From: Camelus dromedarius
Taxonomy: Eukaryota
Length of the DNA: 64,000 nucleotides
Assembly: GCF_036321535.1 (NCBI RefSeq)
Contig: NC_087437.1
Coordinates: forward strand, 87,174,001 to 87,238,000
Direction: 5' to 3'
Shown here piece by piece: positions 13,701 through 26,139 of this stretch (the first letter of the stretch is position 1; every line of letters starts with the position of its first letter). The position numbers were made by a program, and so were the translations under genes. The notes beneath the pieces are model-generated. The model was not told where the DNA came from. It worked only from the letters and a program-made list of their open reading frames with translations, and did not search any database.

Positions 13701-15458
13701 TCTTTAGTATCCATGAATGTAAAATATACATTTCTTATTAATCTCAGCAAATAGAAGTTAAGGTATTTTAAATGCTTTTAAAACTGGAGATCCTTTAAGA
13801 AGTAACAGTCTTGAAATCATTAATGTTTTAAATATTAAAATATATTATTCAGAAATAATAATAGCAACAACACAAAAATCCTTTAAATATATTTTTCAAC
13901 ACGTCTAAAATAACTAAAGTAAGGATTATTCTAAGCCACAAACTTCATAGATAATGTACCATCTACAGGAATAAATAACAGATTCATAGGGACCATTATT
14001 CCCCAAGGTCTGAAAGTTCAGAACAAGGATCTTTCAAAACAGTTGGTGCATCATTGCAATGACATAACACTCCACAGACTGATTTCTATTTCTAATTCCT
14101 CAATCAACTATAATATATGTGAAATTATAAGTTATTCAATAGCATTCTTTTATGTATTAGTCCTATCTTTCTACATATGGAAAAAGGAACATCCAGATAA
14201 AAATCAAACATATTTATGAGTTGTAATAAACAACTTAAAAATAAATTGAAATGTTCACATATTAAAAAGGCTACATGTGCTGTTTGATTATAAGCCCTCA
14301 AAATATTGTTCACATCTAATTAAAAGTAATTTATGGATCATAATGCTAGAGGAGCTACACCTTAAGGTGGTTTAATAAATGATTGTTCTCAATAGTTTAA
14401 AACTCCCCATATATATGATGAAGTTTCAATATTGGTAAAATATGGGTTTCAATATTTTGGGTCAAATCCAAAATAGAAATATAATATACTTGATTAAGTA
14501 GATATCAATATAGTCCACCTTGTGGTATTTTCCTCCAGTACTTTCGCTCCTTTCAGGGAGCATTGTTTTAATTATCTTCAGACACTATATTTTTGCTTTG
14601 TACAACAAAGTATAACAAGTTTTTTTGGAAAATTCTGGATATAGTAAATTAATCAATCAGTAACACTTCCTTGAACAGCACACTATCTAAATGGGAGAGA
14701 AATAAAATAAGGGAAAGAGAAGTGGAAAAAGACAAAATAAACTAGGCAGCAGAAAACGAGAATATAAACATAAAACACATAGAGTGTTGTCAACAATACC
14801 ACAGTTTAAATTACCCAGAGGGAGAAGTACAGGGTGCTGTGATAAAACAGTGCATTTAATTTGCAGTCACTAATTTGAACTAACACTTGAATATTAGCTT
14901 TTTTTTTTTTTAACATTTTCTGCCACTTTGAGTGGCTTTTCAAAACTCTTTTGTAACAAAGTCTTAAACCTAATCGGCAGTTTCAAAAAGTGTTGACAAA
15001 AATGAAATCCAAAGAAGAAAGGGAGAAAGGTAACTTTCCCCATCTGCAGTGTGCTTTCAGCCCGCGTCAGCCTTTGAAGTTGTTGACTGAAATCTTACCA
15101 ATGGGAGAGAGAACATCAAATCAGAAAAGAGAAGGCAGATGCATGAGAGATAAATCTTTTTTTATTGTTAGAGTTCCAAATGTGGACAGGCAATCCAAGG
15201 CATCAGACTTGCAGTCGCTCCTGGAAGCCCCCCAGAGATTTCAACACTCAGTTGTCAGAGCACACCAAGGCATGCACAACAGCCAGACAAGTGTCTGTTG
15301 CAGACCTGCTGCAGAGAATTGCTGGCAGGTAGCTGGCTAGTATTCTGGGCATGCTTAAAGGTAAAAATGTCTCTTATAAGATACAAAATCAGATATAAGA
15401 AGAAAAACTACCCTCACAGTATTTAGGAAAATTCCAAATGATTATGAGAAGAAGTAGA

Positions 15459-15459
<1 letters not shown>

Positions 15460-15497
<38 letters not shown>
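15460..15497. repeat. (CA)19 microsatellite
   Basis: Directly visible. Confidence 0.95.
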
Positions 15498-15498
<1 letters not shown>

Positions 15499-15879
15499 GC
15501 CCTTTATGCTATGCTACAGGTAGGCAAGTGATTTTGGGTTTGCAAATTAGTTATGCATCAACTAGAAAAATCTTGTGTGTGTACGTGTGTGTGTGTGACA
15601 CATGTCTTGTATCTGCGTTTTGTGTGTATTTGTTTGCACAGGGGTCTAAAACACTAACAAACAAAATTTGTATGTCTTTATTGTAATTATACAAAACCAA
15701 AATTACATATTTTGAAAGTTATTTTTGAATTTAATTCCGCTCAATTCATTTTCCTATAGTAACATTCAATATAAATTCCAAGTAACTTAGACAAATTCCA
15801 ACAGTGAAAATAGTTTATTATGCATGTATTTATATACCTACAGTTAAGTATATTTATACCATTCCTTGTTCTAAGTCAT

Positions 15880-16100
15880 ATTTAAGGCAGCTAATACGTG
15901 TAAAGTGCTTTTCACATATTTCACACATATTTGTCACATACAACTCTGTGAGATGTGTTATTACTCTCATTCTACAAGTGAATTTACTGGGAGTTAGAAA
16001 GACTGAATGACTAGGATAAGAATAAAGAGTCAGTAGGAAAAAATACATCTCCAAGTCAAATTTTTTAAGTTGGAAACCCATAATCTTTCTACTGTGCTGC
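15880..16100 (-). mobile_element. MIR SINE
   Basis: catacaactctgtgagatgtgttattactctcattctacaagtga matches the reverse MIR core. Confidence 0.6.
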
Positions 16101-16381
16101 TCTCCTGATATCCTCAAATTGTAATGTATTGAGATTTGCATCACAAACCCAGATATGGAATAAGCTAGAAGAAGATCTCATTTCTGTATTAGAAAATTGA
16201 AAGTATTTCTCAGAACTAGTATGAAACTTGCATATAAAATAAGAAGAAAGTTGCCCTCAAGTTAGCATCAATTGCAGTCAATCATGGCCAAAACAAACAA
16301 ACGAACAAACAAAAAACTGAAAAAAATAAAATAGATTAAACCTAACTCAAAGGAGAAATTAAGTCCTGGAGAACAGAATAA

Positions 16382-16932
16382 TCTCTACAACAGAGGCCGC
16401 CTCTGAAGGGGCTGAGAGCTGCCAGCTGCCAGCACTCCCAGCAGCCAGGGCACGGAGTCCTTCAATGAAGAGGTGCCCCAATGGCAAGCTACAGTGTCAG
16501 CCTATGTATCAACACAGTCGCTCAACAAAGATCATTTACGCTGTTATAACTAATTCGATCTTAGGTTTACCAAGGATATTTAGTTTTATCGTGAGAACAA
16601 TAAATGAGCCACATTTGTGTGCTTGTCTCCTTGGAATCAGGCAGACTTCAGCTTGACTCTTGCCACTTCCTCTTATTCACTGTAAGCTTCATTTTCTTCA
16701 TCTCTAAGGGGGGAGGTGGAGGGTGACGATGCTTCTTTCATGGGGCTACTGTACAACTTAAATGTTACAGTTTATGTAAAGATTTTACCTCACTACCTGG
16801 TATATAGTGAGCCTTCAACAATGATGACCCATATTTTTAAAAGATAATAATAAAAAATGATAATAATATATAATTATTAATCAAGTTAATATAATGATTA
16901 ACTTTTAATTTCAAGAATAATACTTTGATTTT
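16382..16932 (+). repeat. Inverted duplication arm A (551 bp), partner 28812-29359
   Basis: Manual alignment to the reverse complement of 28812-29359 gives 10 substitutions and one 3-bp indel (~98% identity). Contains a truncated LTR16 piece (16382-16493, -), unique sequence and a MIR (~16628-16825, +). Confidence 0.98.
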
Positions 16933-17244
16933 TGATTTTTTTTTCTCTTCCTCCTGTCTTTTCCTTTTTACACTGGAAGTGCCAGAATATAAAAGAACCA
17001 TAATAAAACCATAGGCTTGATTCAGAAACCAAAAGGAAATTTTTAGAAAGCAACTTTCCTTTAAGGAAAATATTTTAACAAATTGGAGGAATAAAGTATT
17101 TAAAATTGAATAATTTTGCAAACTACTATTTAGAAACAGTGATTTTTAAAGTCCATTAGAAGAAAACAACTCTACTATTTTCGGCAAAGAACTTAAAAAG
17201 TTAGTATTTCAACATGGTTCAAAATAAGCCTCCACATACTAAGA

Positions 17245-17253
17245 TATATGTAT

Positions 17254-17311
<58 letters not shown>

Positions 17312-17328
17312 TTATATATATATATATA
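17245..17328. repeat. (TA)n/(CA)n compound microsatellite
   Basis: Directly visible. Confidence 0.95.
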
Positions 17329-17751
17329 AATAATATGCCCATTCCTTTGTTTTAGTTTCTAAAAATGATGTGCTTTAATAAATGACCAGTAACTATACTG
17401 TTCCTATAAATCACAACTTTAAATGAATAGTTTAAAGTTGTCTAGAGCTTGTACTTGGAACAGATCTTGCAATATGAGTACGGCTGGTATAAAATATATC
17501 ATAAAATATTGACACTTTTCCAACTTAAAAGAGTGCCAAATTTTTCCTGGAGCAAATTGTACTTATAAACACCAATCATTTTTACAACAGTTTAAATTAT
17601 CAAGTGCTGGCACTGGTGACCCAATTTGTTTAAGCGTTACTTTGGATCACATCAAATAAAAAGGGGCATATTTTCAAAGACAACATTCTACTGCCAAATA
17701 CAACCAACTCATGTTTATTTCTTCAGGTGAAAGGTTCAGGGTCAAATTTTA

Positions 17752-18024
17752 AAAATACTATCACTTTTTTTTTCCCCTTACAAAACCTATTGTCATCAGA
17801 TTTTCAAAGCTTGGTTTAACCGAAAAAGAATTATGCAGGACCAGAGAATGTTATTATTAAATGCCTCTAATTAAACTGAGACAACAAAACCAGTATCACA
17901 AAATGCTGTCACTTTTTTTTCTTCTTTGCAAATGCTGGCATTACCAGATTTACAAAACTTGATTTGATTTTTTAAAAATGCAGGACCAGAAAATCTTATA
18001 ATCATTGGCATTTGATTAAATTGA
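17752..18024 (+). repeat. Old two-copy tandem duplication, unit ~145-148 bp
   Basis: Colinear paired blocks: aaaatactatcacttttttt/aaaatgctgtcacttttttt; cagattttcaaagcttggttt/cagatttacaaaacttgattt; atgcaggaccagagaatgttat/atgcaggaccagaaaatcttat; attaaactga/attaaattga. Confidence 0.85.
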
Positions 18025-19276
18025 CTAGTGTAAGTTCTTTCCATATTTTCTGCTTTTATAAACTATTATCACCTCTCTAGATATTTTACTCTGATATTTG
18101 TTTTATAGTTTTATCTGATGCTTAAGAAAAAAGAATAACTTTTCATCAAGATAGGTGTTTATAAGCCTCTTGGCTTTAGCTTATAACTTGAAAAATAAGA
18201 GTAATAACAAATTCTAATTTACAGTCAAAACAGGGATTCTCAGAGAAATGATGGACTTGCTAGAACATAGTGCAAATATACTCTCTCCAATCAATCGTTC
18301 TATCATTTTACTTTCACAAGTGATATGCATATTATATGTGAACACAGTTTATAAATGGATTAAACAACAAACCCAAACAAGACCCAATCTACCCAAAGAT
18401 AATAAGTTCACTGCATGTAGCTGCAAATAATCTCATTTCCCTATTAAAACAATAATGAAGTACTCATAATGGCCACACCTACATCTCTGCCTTGATCAGT
18501 TCTATTCAGAGTTCTTCCTGATTATGAAGAAGATGCACATACTTCTAAAAACAGGGATTATCATCTTTATTCGATTGCTATGTAAATTTATGAGGACACC
18601 TAAAGCCAAGGAGAAGATGACTACTAGTGCCACAAAAACCCTAGCCTCCTGAATGTTGAATTCACAGTTTTCACAAGCAGATTCTATACATAATGTTTGA
18701 CTATTTATCAAATATAAACACAAATTGAAATAAAAATTATTACAACAACTCGTCTGTTACTCATTTTTCTTATAAATACTCTTCTTGAGTTTGTTCTCTG
18801 TAATAGCTGGAGAATTTTTTTCTTGCTTCTACTTTCAATATCAACTCTTCTCCTCCAAAACGTACACCTCAAAACACACACGTGAAGACACCTGGGAGCA
18901 GGATGCCACCCGTCTGCCAGAACTAACCATCCCCTTTTTGAGGTCACTCTGTGTTTTATTGAACACTGTTTAGGAAACATCAGCCGATGTTTAAGGGGTA
19001 TCATTTTTTTTTCCCTTAAACTGTGACATTTAATTTTTTTTTTATAGCTTAGAACAACCAGTCCAGGTTTAGACATCAAGAATTGCTGAGACTTTGCTTA
19101 TTCTAGAGTCAGCCTGAAAAAAAGTCATAATAACTAACTACCACTGGGAATATTATAATTCAGTCCACCAAAAAGTGAGCAGGGGCAGGGCTCAGGACCA
19201 GGTTTTGAACACAGCATCTCTCCCTCTCTAGCAATACAACTTAAGAAAAGGATGGCAAAAGTTACAGACTTTGGTG

Positions 19277-19443
19277 GGGGACGGTACAGCTCAGTAGTAG
19301 AATGCCTGCTTAGCATGCACAAGGTCCTGCGTTCAATCCCCAGTTTCTCAATTAAAAAAAAAAATAAAAAAAAAATAAACCTAATTACCTCCCCCAAACA
19401 AAAACAAACAAAAAATGCAAAAAAAAACCTAAGTAAAAAAAAA
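19277..19443 (+). mobile_element. tRNA-Ala-derived SINE, camelid Vic-1-like
   Basis: GGGGACGGTACAGCTCAGTAGTAGAATGCCTGCTTAGCATGCACAAGGTCCTGCGTTCAATCCCCAG: A-box, B-box GTTCAATCC and tRNA-Ala(AGC)-like anticodon loop. Followed by an A-rich linker, AAACCTAATTACCTCCCCC and an A-rich tail. Confidence 0.85.
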
Positions 19444-20489
19444 TTACTCATTTTACACAGCTAATGAAAACTCGTATTTAACAAGAAGTACACAAATAAC
19501 ACATTGTCCTTATTCCTGTGTAGTAGTTGTTGTTGTTTTATTTTTTTCCATAGAATACTGAACTAATTACAATACAAAGATTTGCTGAAGTTGGAAAAAA
19601 ATCACAAGATAAAAACGATGAAACAAGACTGAATTTACTTTCTCAATGGACTTGACAAGTGACTAACATGCTGTGAGACATTAAGAGTATTAAATCACTG
19701 AAGATTTATTGCCTACCAAGAACATATACATAAAATGCATTTTTGGCCTTTGGACTTTTCTAAATTAATTCATATCTAGAGACCATCCCTGCCAAGAAAT
19801 GTTCTATGAGCAAAACAAAGAAAAAATACAAATTAGGCTTATCTATCATTAAATTCAATACTTGATGCATCTACATAGTTATAGTTTGCATGATACAGTA
19901 CTTGCTTATATAATATAAAGCAGCCGAGACTAAGCACAAAAAAAAACTCATCACTTTTTTGTCAGCGAATATATATACATATATGTATGTTTATATACAC
20001 ATGAGACATTGTTCAGATTCTGAATGCTCTGTACTTTTTATAATTTTAAGAACATTTATAATAGCTTTTCTTTATTAAGACTTTTTTAACTTGTGAAAAT
20101 TACTCAAACCCTCAAATCAATTTATAATTCCAAGGTCATGTTACTCTGGTTACAAATACAGTCTAAAATGCCTCAAAATATTATTTTATGTTTTTTGTCA
20201 CAAAGACAGAAAAAAACCAAGACAATTTTATACCCATCAGCACACAACTGCATAGTAATCGATGTCCTATTTTTATTAACAATATAGAATATATCACCTT
20301 TCTGAGTAAAATATTAATGGTCACTCATTTTTCTTTTGCTTTTTTTTTTCCATATAAAATCAGTCCAGTGATAGGGAATATTTTCTTCCTCTTAGAGTTA
20401 ATTTTCCTGGTAATTTTGCATACATATTATTCTAACAGCTTCCAGTGGAAGCACTCGAGTGACCAATGGAAAGGTTAAGCTAGAGGAAG

Positions 20490-20910
20490 AGAAAGCATTG
20501 CAACTAATTAATATGTCAGAGGAGTACAGCCCGAGCCAAAAGAGTTAATGAAGCTTGCTGAGGACACATGTGGGCCTTTTGTAAAGCGGGCCTGACTGTA
20601 CAGCCTCGTTAGGTTAAATTGTCTGTCAGTTACTGGCCAGTTGGCCACCACCTGGCCGCCTAGACCAGCCTCGCCCCATCCCCAGCAGCCCTCTTCCCAG
20701 CTCTCAAAGGCGAGCTGCTGCCACTAAACATCTACAAGCCTCCGACAAGGTTTGGGGCACACAATGGGCTCCTGACAAGTGAATGAAGGGCCAGGGTGAC
20801 ACTCTGAATGGGGAAGATTTTCCCCATTTAAACTGGTAATGTTCACGACAACACCCATAAAAGAAAAAGCCCATCCTCAGTGTCAGGCCATTAACATGTA
20901 TAACAATATG
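20490..20910. promoter_or_regulatory. Candidate enhancer-like unique block
   Basis: Non-repeat, GC- and CpG-richer than its flanks, with dense homeobox/TALE/SOX/E-box-type motifs. Function is inferred only. Confidence 0.4.
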
Positions 20911-21420
20911 CTAATAACCTTCTAGATTACTTTCAGTTTCCAAGTACATTTAAATACATGAATTGATGGCTTCAAACTTAAAGGGGATGGTGGGGGAGGA
21001 GAAATGAAGGGGCAGTTGGTTTGGGAGGAGGAAAAAAACAAAAAAAAGAATGGGAGGAATTGCAATCTATCTCACAGAGAACTACTTTAAAATGCCTTCC
21101 ACCCAAACAGAGGGCTTCTTGTCTATGCAAAGACTATAGTCATGCTCACACAGGGCCCCGAGGGAAATGTTATCAGTGATATGCACATCGCTAAGACCCT
21201 TGCATTTAACCATGACTACTGTGATCAGAAGGTGGTTCTTGCTTCAAATTATTATTACTATTATTATTTTATTTCTTTTTGATTCAAATTATTTTTAAAT
21301 GCAGCCATGAACTTTTGGTTTTGAGGTTGTGTTACCCTTCCTTCACTCCCTTCTTCAGGAGGATTTCCATAGTCCTCCAGGTAGAGCCTCGAACATCTAA
21401 CCAAATAACAGACATCTGCC

Positions 21421-21448
21421 GGGCAGGGAGGGGTAGGGGAGTGTGGGG
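21421..21448 (+). other. Canonical G-quadruplex motif
   Basis: GGG-ca-GGG-a-GGGG-ta-GGGG-agtgt-GGGG: five G-tracts with short loops. Confidence 0.75.
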
Positions 21449-24400
21449 ACTGTGAAAAATCTTATCAAAGGAAAAAATGGCACTGTGGAAACAGGCCCTG
21501 CCTGAGGTTGTAGCTTAAAGCAATGAAGTAATTAGTGAATGAAATAAATTTAAAAAGACATTTTCTTGCCCATTATTTGATCATTTGCCATTTTCTTAGA
21601 AGAAAACAAATGTGAGATGGAATCTGTACTATTACGCCCCACCATATTCATTCAACCTGAGCCTCAAAATTAAATATCAAATTATGTTATCATAAGAAAA
21701 GAACCTCTTATATATACCACCTGCTACACTGTGTGTCAGAATTCATTGCTTCTGCCTTAAAAAAAGACAGCAACACTTTCTTGAGTGCTGATTAGTGATA
21801 GTCAATCAATTTGAAAAATTACTGTTCTCATAGATTTCAATATTGGGCTGTTGCCATGAAATTGAATCTGCCAGGCTTCCAATGGGAAAAGCCATTTGGT
21901 AAATATGATGAGCTTTTTAAAATCCTGTCACTTCACTTTAGTTTAGGGGGTAAAATGCTTCCTTCTTTATATAGTTTTTCAAACAACTCATAAATTTGAA
22001 GCATCAAAATCTACATGTAATGCAGAAGCTAATTTGTACCAGTCTGCAAATGCATGTCCATGTGGTGATGTTAAGCAGAACCCCTTTTTGTAGGGTCAAA
22101 TCTGTTAAAGGTTTTGCTTCCCTATGCAGCTGAGCAAAAGTATCAGAATGTAATTCTTAAAACATGGTTATAAAAAGTAAACATTTGCTTTTCACACTGT
22201 AAACATCTTTTATTTTTAATGACCTAGGAGGCAAGTGAACTGCTGAACTTCGTTCCAGATAACATTAACAAAAATAACAACAGCAATGAGCATTCACACA
22301 TTATTTTGCAAGATGTCTTTTATTGTAATTCAGATTAAAGATTCAATATTTCTATTTGGGCTCAAGATCACATGGTCTATCACTGTTGTTCTACCTTTAG
22401 TAGAGAGAGACGTCATGGGGAACACAGAAGAAAACTCTAAAAGACGGCAGTTCTTATGCCCTTGGCTCCTTGGCCACATTTTACCCCCAAAGTGTGTGTA
22501 TTCAAAGGACCAGGGGATACCTCCACCGCCAGAGCACTGCTGCTCCATTTTATCAGGTTGCAGGAAGGTGTCCTTGAAGGTTGGTAAACCAATGTGGTAA
22601 TCTACTTATGAGGAAAATAGACCAAGTCAAGTATCCCTGTGTTTAAACTTTAGTATTTCTACTTCTGTAATTAAATCTTCCTTTTATGAAGCCAATCTCA
22701 ATATTAAAGTTTACTGATATCCAAAAACACTCATTTGACTCTTATTCTATCACTACCAGTAACTTTATGGTATACCCTGACTAATAAAGTCTTTAGGAAA
22801 AGCCGACTCAGTGCTACAATTTCTATCAGAAAATGTGAATCAGATACCAAAGATAAAATTATGAAGTGGCATTTACATCTCAGTAAAACTGAAGCTGTGT
22901 TACATTTGGATTGTAAACCAAAGAATAAAATGACAAAAGAACGAACTTGAGAAGAAGAACCTCCTTTTTTGTGGCAGAGTGACCCTGCAAAAACAGTATT
23001 TTCAAGTTCAGGGACACAGCATTCTGAAATACATAATACCTGATAACACACAGGAAAAAAGCTGTATGGTCACATGGGGCATTTTCCCTCTTCACTTGGG
23101 GTTAAGAGTTACATAAAAGAATTGTTTTATTATATGTAATAATTAGCCAATGAGTAGATTATTTTATGTGGAGATTATTTAAGATTGTAGTTTATCCTGT
23201 ATATAAAAGGCAAGATCATTTAAATAATTTCATCATGGTTAAAGTGATAAAGAATAATACAATTGTATTAGCATTTCAGAAGCATAGCAAAGATGCAAGT
23301 AATGTGTATAAAATAAAGATACATATTTGCTACCTGAAAATGTATATATGGTATCCTTAAGAAAAAAGTTATGCTATTTTCACTCCAAGTTTGAGTATCT
23401 TAAGAAACTATTTTAAAATAGAGAAAATAACATACACAATTAGCAGAGTGATAAAATTCAACTAGCGTAGATTTCAAAGGTTGTCTGGAAATTCAGTCTT
23501 TTTATACTTTTAAATTACTTTATGGTTTTAGAAAAAAGAAATCTAATTTTGCATTCAGGTGACCTAAATAGGCTGAAGCTTTTTCATTAAAACAAAGATT
23601 GTCTGGCTGTTTGTCCAAATCTCCAGCCAAGAGGCAATTGTTGTCTCCAGACAGAGACAATTGTTGGTGTTTATTCTACTGAAAAATGTGAATATATTGT
23701 GTTTCTGACTATTTGCTTAATTAAGAAAGGAGCTTTATACAATTTATGAACAATGAATTAAAAAGATAGGTCTCCAAGCCTCCTTTTTTTAAATTTTTTG
23801 CTAGTTTTATCTTCTGATGGTGCCCCAGAACCACTCAACATTTTCTATTTCAACACATTTATCTATTAACAATCATTTATCATTATATATAAAGACGAGG
23901 TTTCTCTATCTAGCAATAGGAATTTAGCATGTAGCAAATACCTATTTTTTTCTTACTTTCTAAAATAAAGTTCTAGAAACATACATAGTATTCTTATGTA
24001 TTAATTATTTAAAATTTCTCTATTTTAAAGAGCATTGCATTTAATTCACTATCAGTACAGTTTTTTTAACTACAGTATTAATTACAGCTATGATATAATA
24101 TACTAAACAATACAAAATCTTTCCATAAAATTAAAATTTAAGGAAAGTTTCTTAATGTGAAATTATATTTAGTTTTTATTTACCATAGTTCCAACTCTCA
24201 ACAATAAGCATGCAAAACTTAGTTATAAATAAATAAAAAATGTGGAAAGTTTATAGCAATAATTTTTTAAAATGTTGTTTTTCGTTTGTTTTTAATTGTA
24301 GTCTCCTTACTGACCGAAGTCTTTAGAGAATGACTTAAAAACAACCTACGAAAATCACACCAAAAAAAACAACACAAGCTTCCTACTCTCAGAGATCCAA

Positions 24401-26139
24401 TAACAAAATGCCACAGTTGCCAAAGTTATCTGCTTCCTATCAAGACCCATGTTTGGCACAAGCAGTATTCAATCCATTCATCATTGTCAATGCACCAGCA
24501 CTCTAATTATTTCAAATTGTTTCCTCAGCCAGAGGTCTAGGACAAATCAGGCAAGCCAAAAATAGCAGTTATGAATAATTATGCATAATTTACCTCAAGG
24601 CCTGGGCCAGTCTATCATTAAAACTTTTACTTGCCACACTGTGATCTCTACTAATTGCAAACTTTAAAATTAGTTCAAGGTTGTCTTTTTATCCAGTGCC
24701 AACCTCAAACCTTCTTCCTAGTGACTTTCTAGTACTTTGAACACTTCAAAAAAAATGTCATCAGAATTCTGTAAAGAATATATATGTTAAACAAAAGACG
24801 GAAATTAGTGGAGAAAATATTGCTCCCAGCTTTTGCACTGCTCAACTCTGTTCACCAATGGTATAAAGATGAGGGCTTAGAAGTCAAAATACAGTAATGA
24901 CCTAGCTTTGGGAATTCTATCCTGTTGCAAAAGAAGAGCTTTAGCAATGTGCAAATATTTCTCTTGTGTCAAGTTAGTCCTCAAACAATCACTATACTTT
25001 CTTAAGAAAGAGGAAACATTTGACATTCTGCTGTTCATTAGAATGTCCACAGCACACTCTGACTTTGACCTTCATTTAGAACAAAAACTGAGATACTATG
25101 TCTTTTCTCATTGATGTCAAGATTCCCGATAACTACAAATATTTCCAGATATGCAGTAAAGTATAACACCCAACTGAAGGCAGTGCACTTTAATTTCTAT
25201 TTATTCCCTATAATGTTATTTCTCCCCTTTAGGAATGTTATAGACAAACTTCTTTTATTATCTCCCTTCATTTCTCTCCTTTGCCCTACCCATGCTCTAT
25301 CTTGTAGTTATATTTTTTCTTCTCATTGAAGAAGAGGAAATATTAATAAAAGAGAAAATAAATGTGGTATTTTAAATTTATCTGTCCTTCAATTTACTTA
25401 AATTTTAACCTTCTTTTTTCAGGCCTTTAAGTCTTAGCCACAAAGACATACATCACTAAACTGTCAGTCTCCTGAATTATTTTCTTTGCATAAAACAAAG
25501 GATGCTCCATTTCATCTCAGACACATTTTGAGGAGAAACGGGCCAATTTACAGAAATGTTTTTCCTGGCTCTCACCTGTCAGATAAATGCCTCCACTCCA
25601 CCCCTTTTTAATAATACATCATACTTGCTGGGTGTCTGGGCATGTTTTGTGCTTTTTGTTAACTAATGCTCTCAGAGAATCGTCTGCTCAAGGAATACTT
25701 TCAGTACCACCTGGTCCATGCATGCACTCAGCGTATGAGTTCTATCTGGTCCTCCCTCCATCTCATTTCAAAATATTTTGAGTCTGAAGATTCTGCTCAA
25801 ACACTGCTTTGGAAACTGAATACAGCTGGATGGTGCCAAGAAGCAGAAGCAAAAAAGAGAGCCAACTGGAGGAAGCAGATGAATTTAGGGAAGAAAAGGA
25901 AAAAAGCTAAAGATTGAAGAGAACTGATTGGTCTTCAATATTTCAAAGAATTCCATTGTTTTCATTGTTTTTGTTTGATGTTTTCAGTCCTTTTCACAAT
26001 CTTGTAATATGGCCATTACGATGGTACCAGAATGAAAACCAGAAAACAGCAGTTTTTATACTTTATATGACTTTGTGTCATTTCAAGACGTAGCCACTCC
26101 TGCCTGGCCCCACAGTGGGCCACAGCTACTTCAAGCAAA

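Noticed and set aside
16465..16656. 63-aa ORF duplicated at 29085-29276 (-)
   Set aside because: By-product of the inverted duplication; starts in antisense LTR16 and ends in a MIR; no recognisable protein features.
19277..19350. tRNA-Ala gene
   Set aside because: Acceptor stem is degenerate and it is followed by a SINE tail and A-rich tract, so it is a SINE head.
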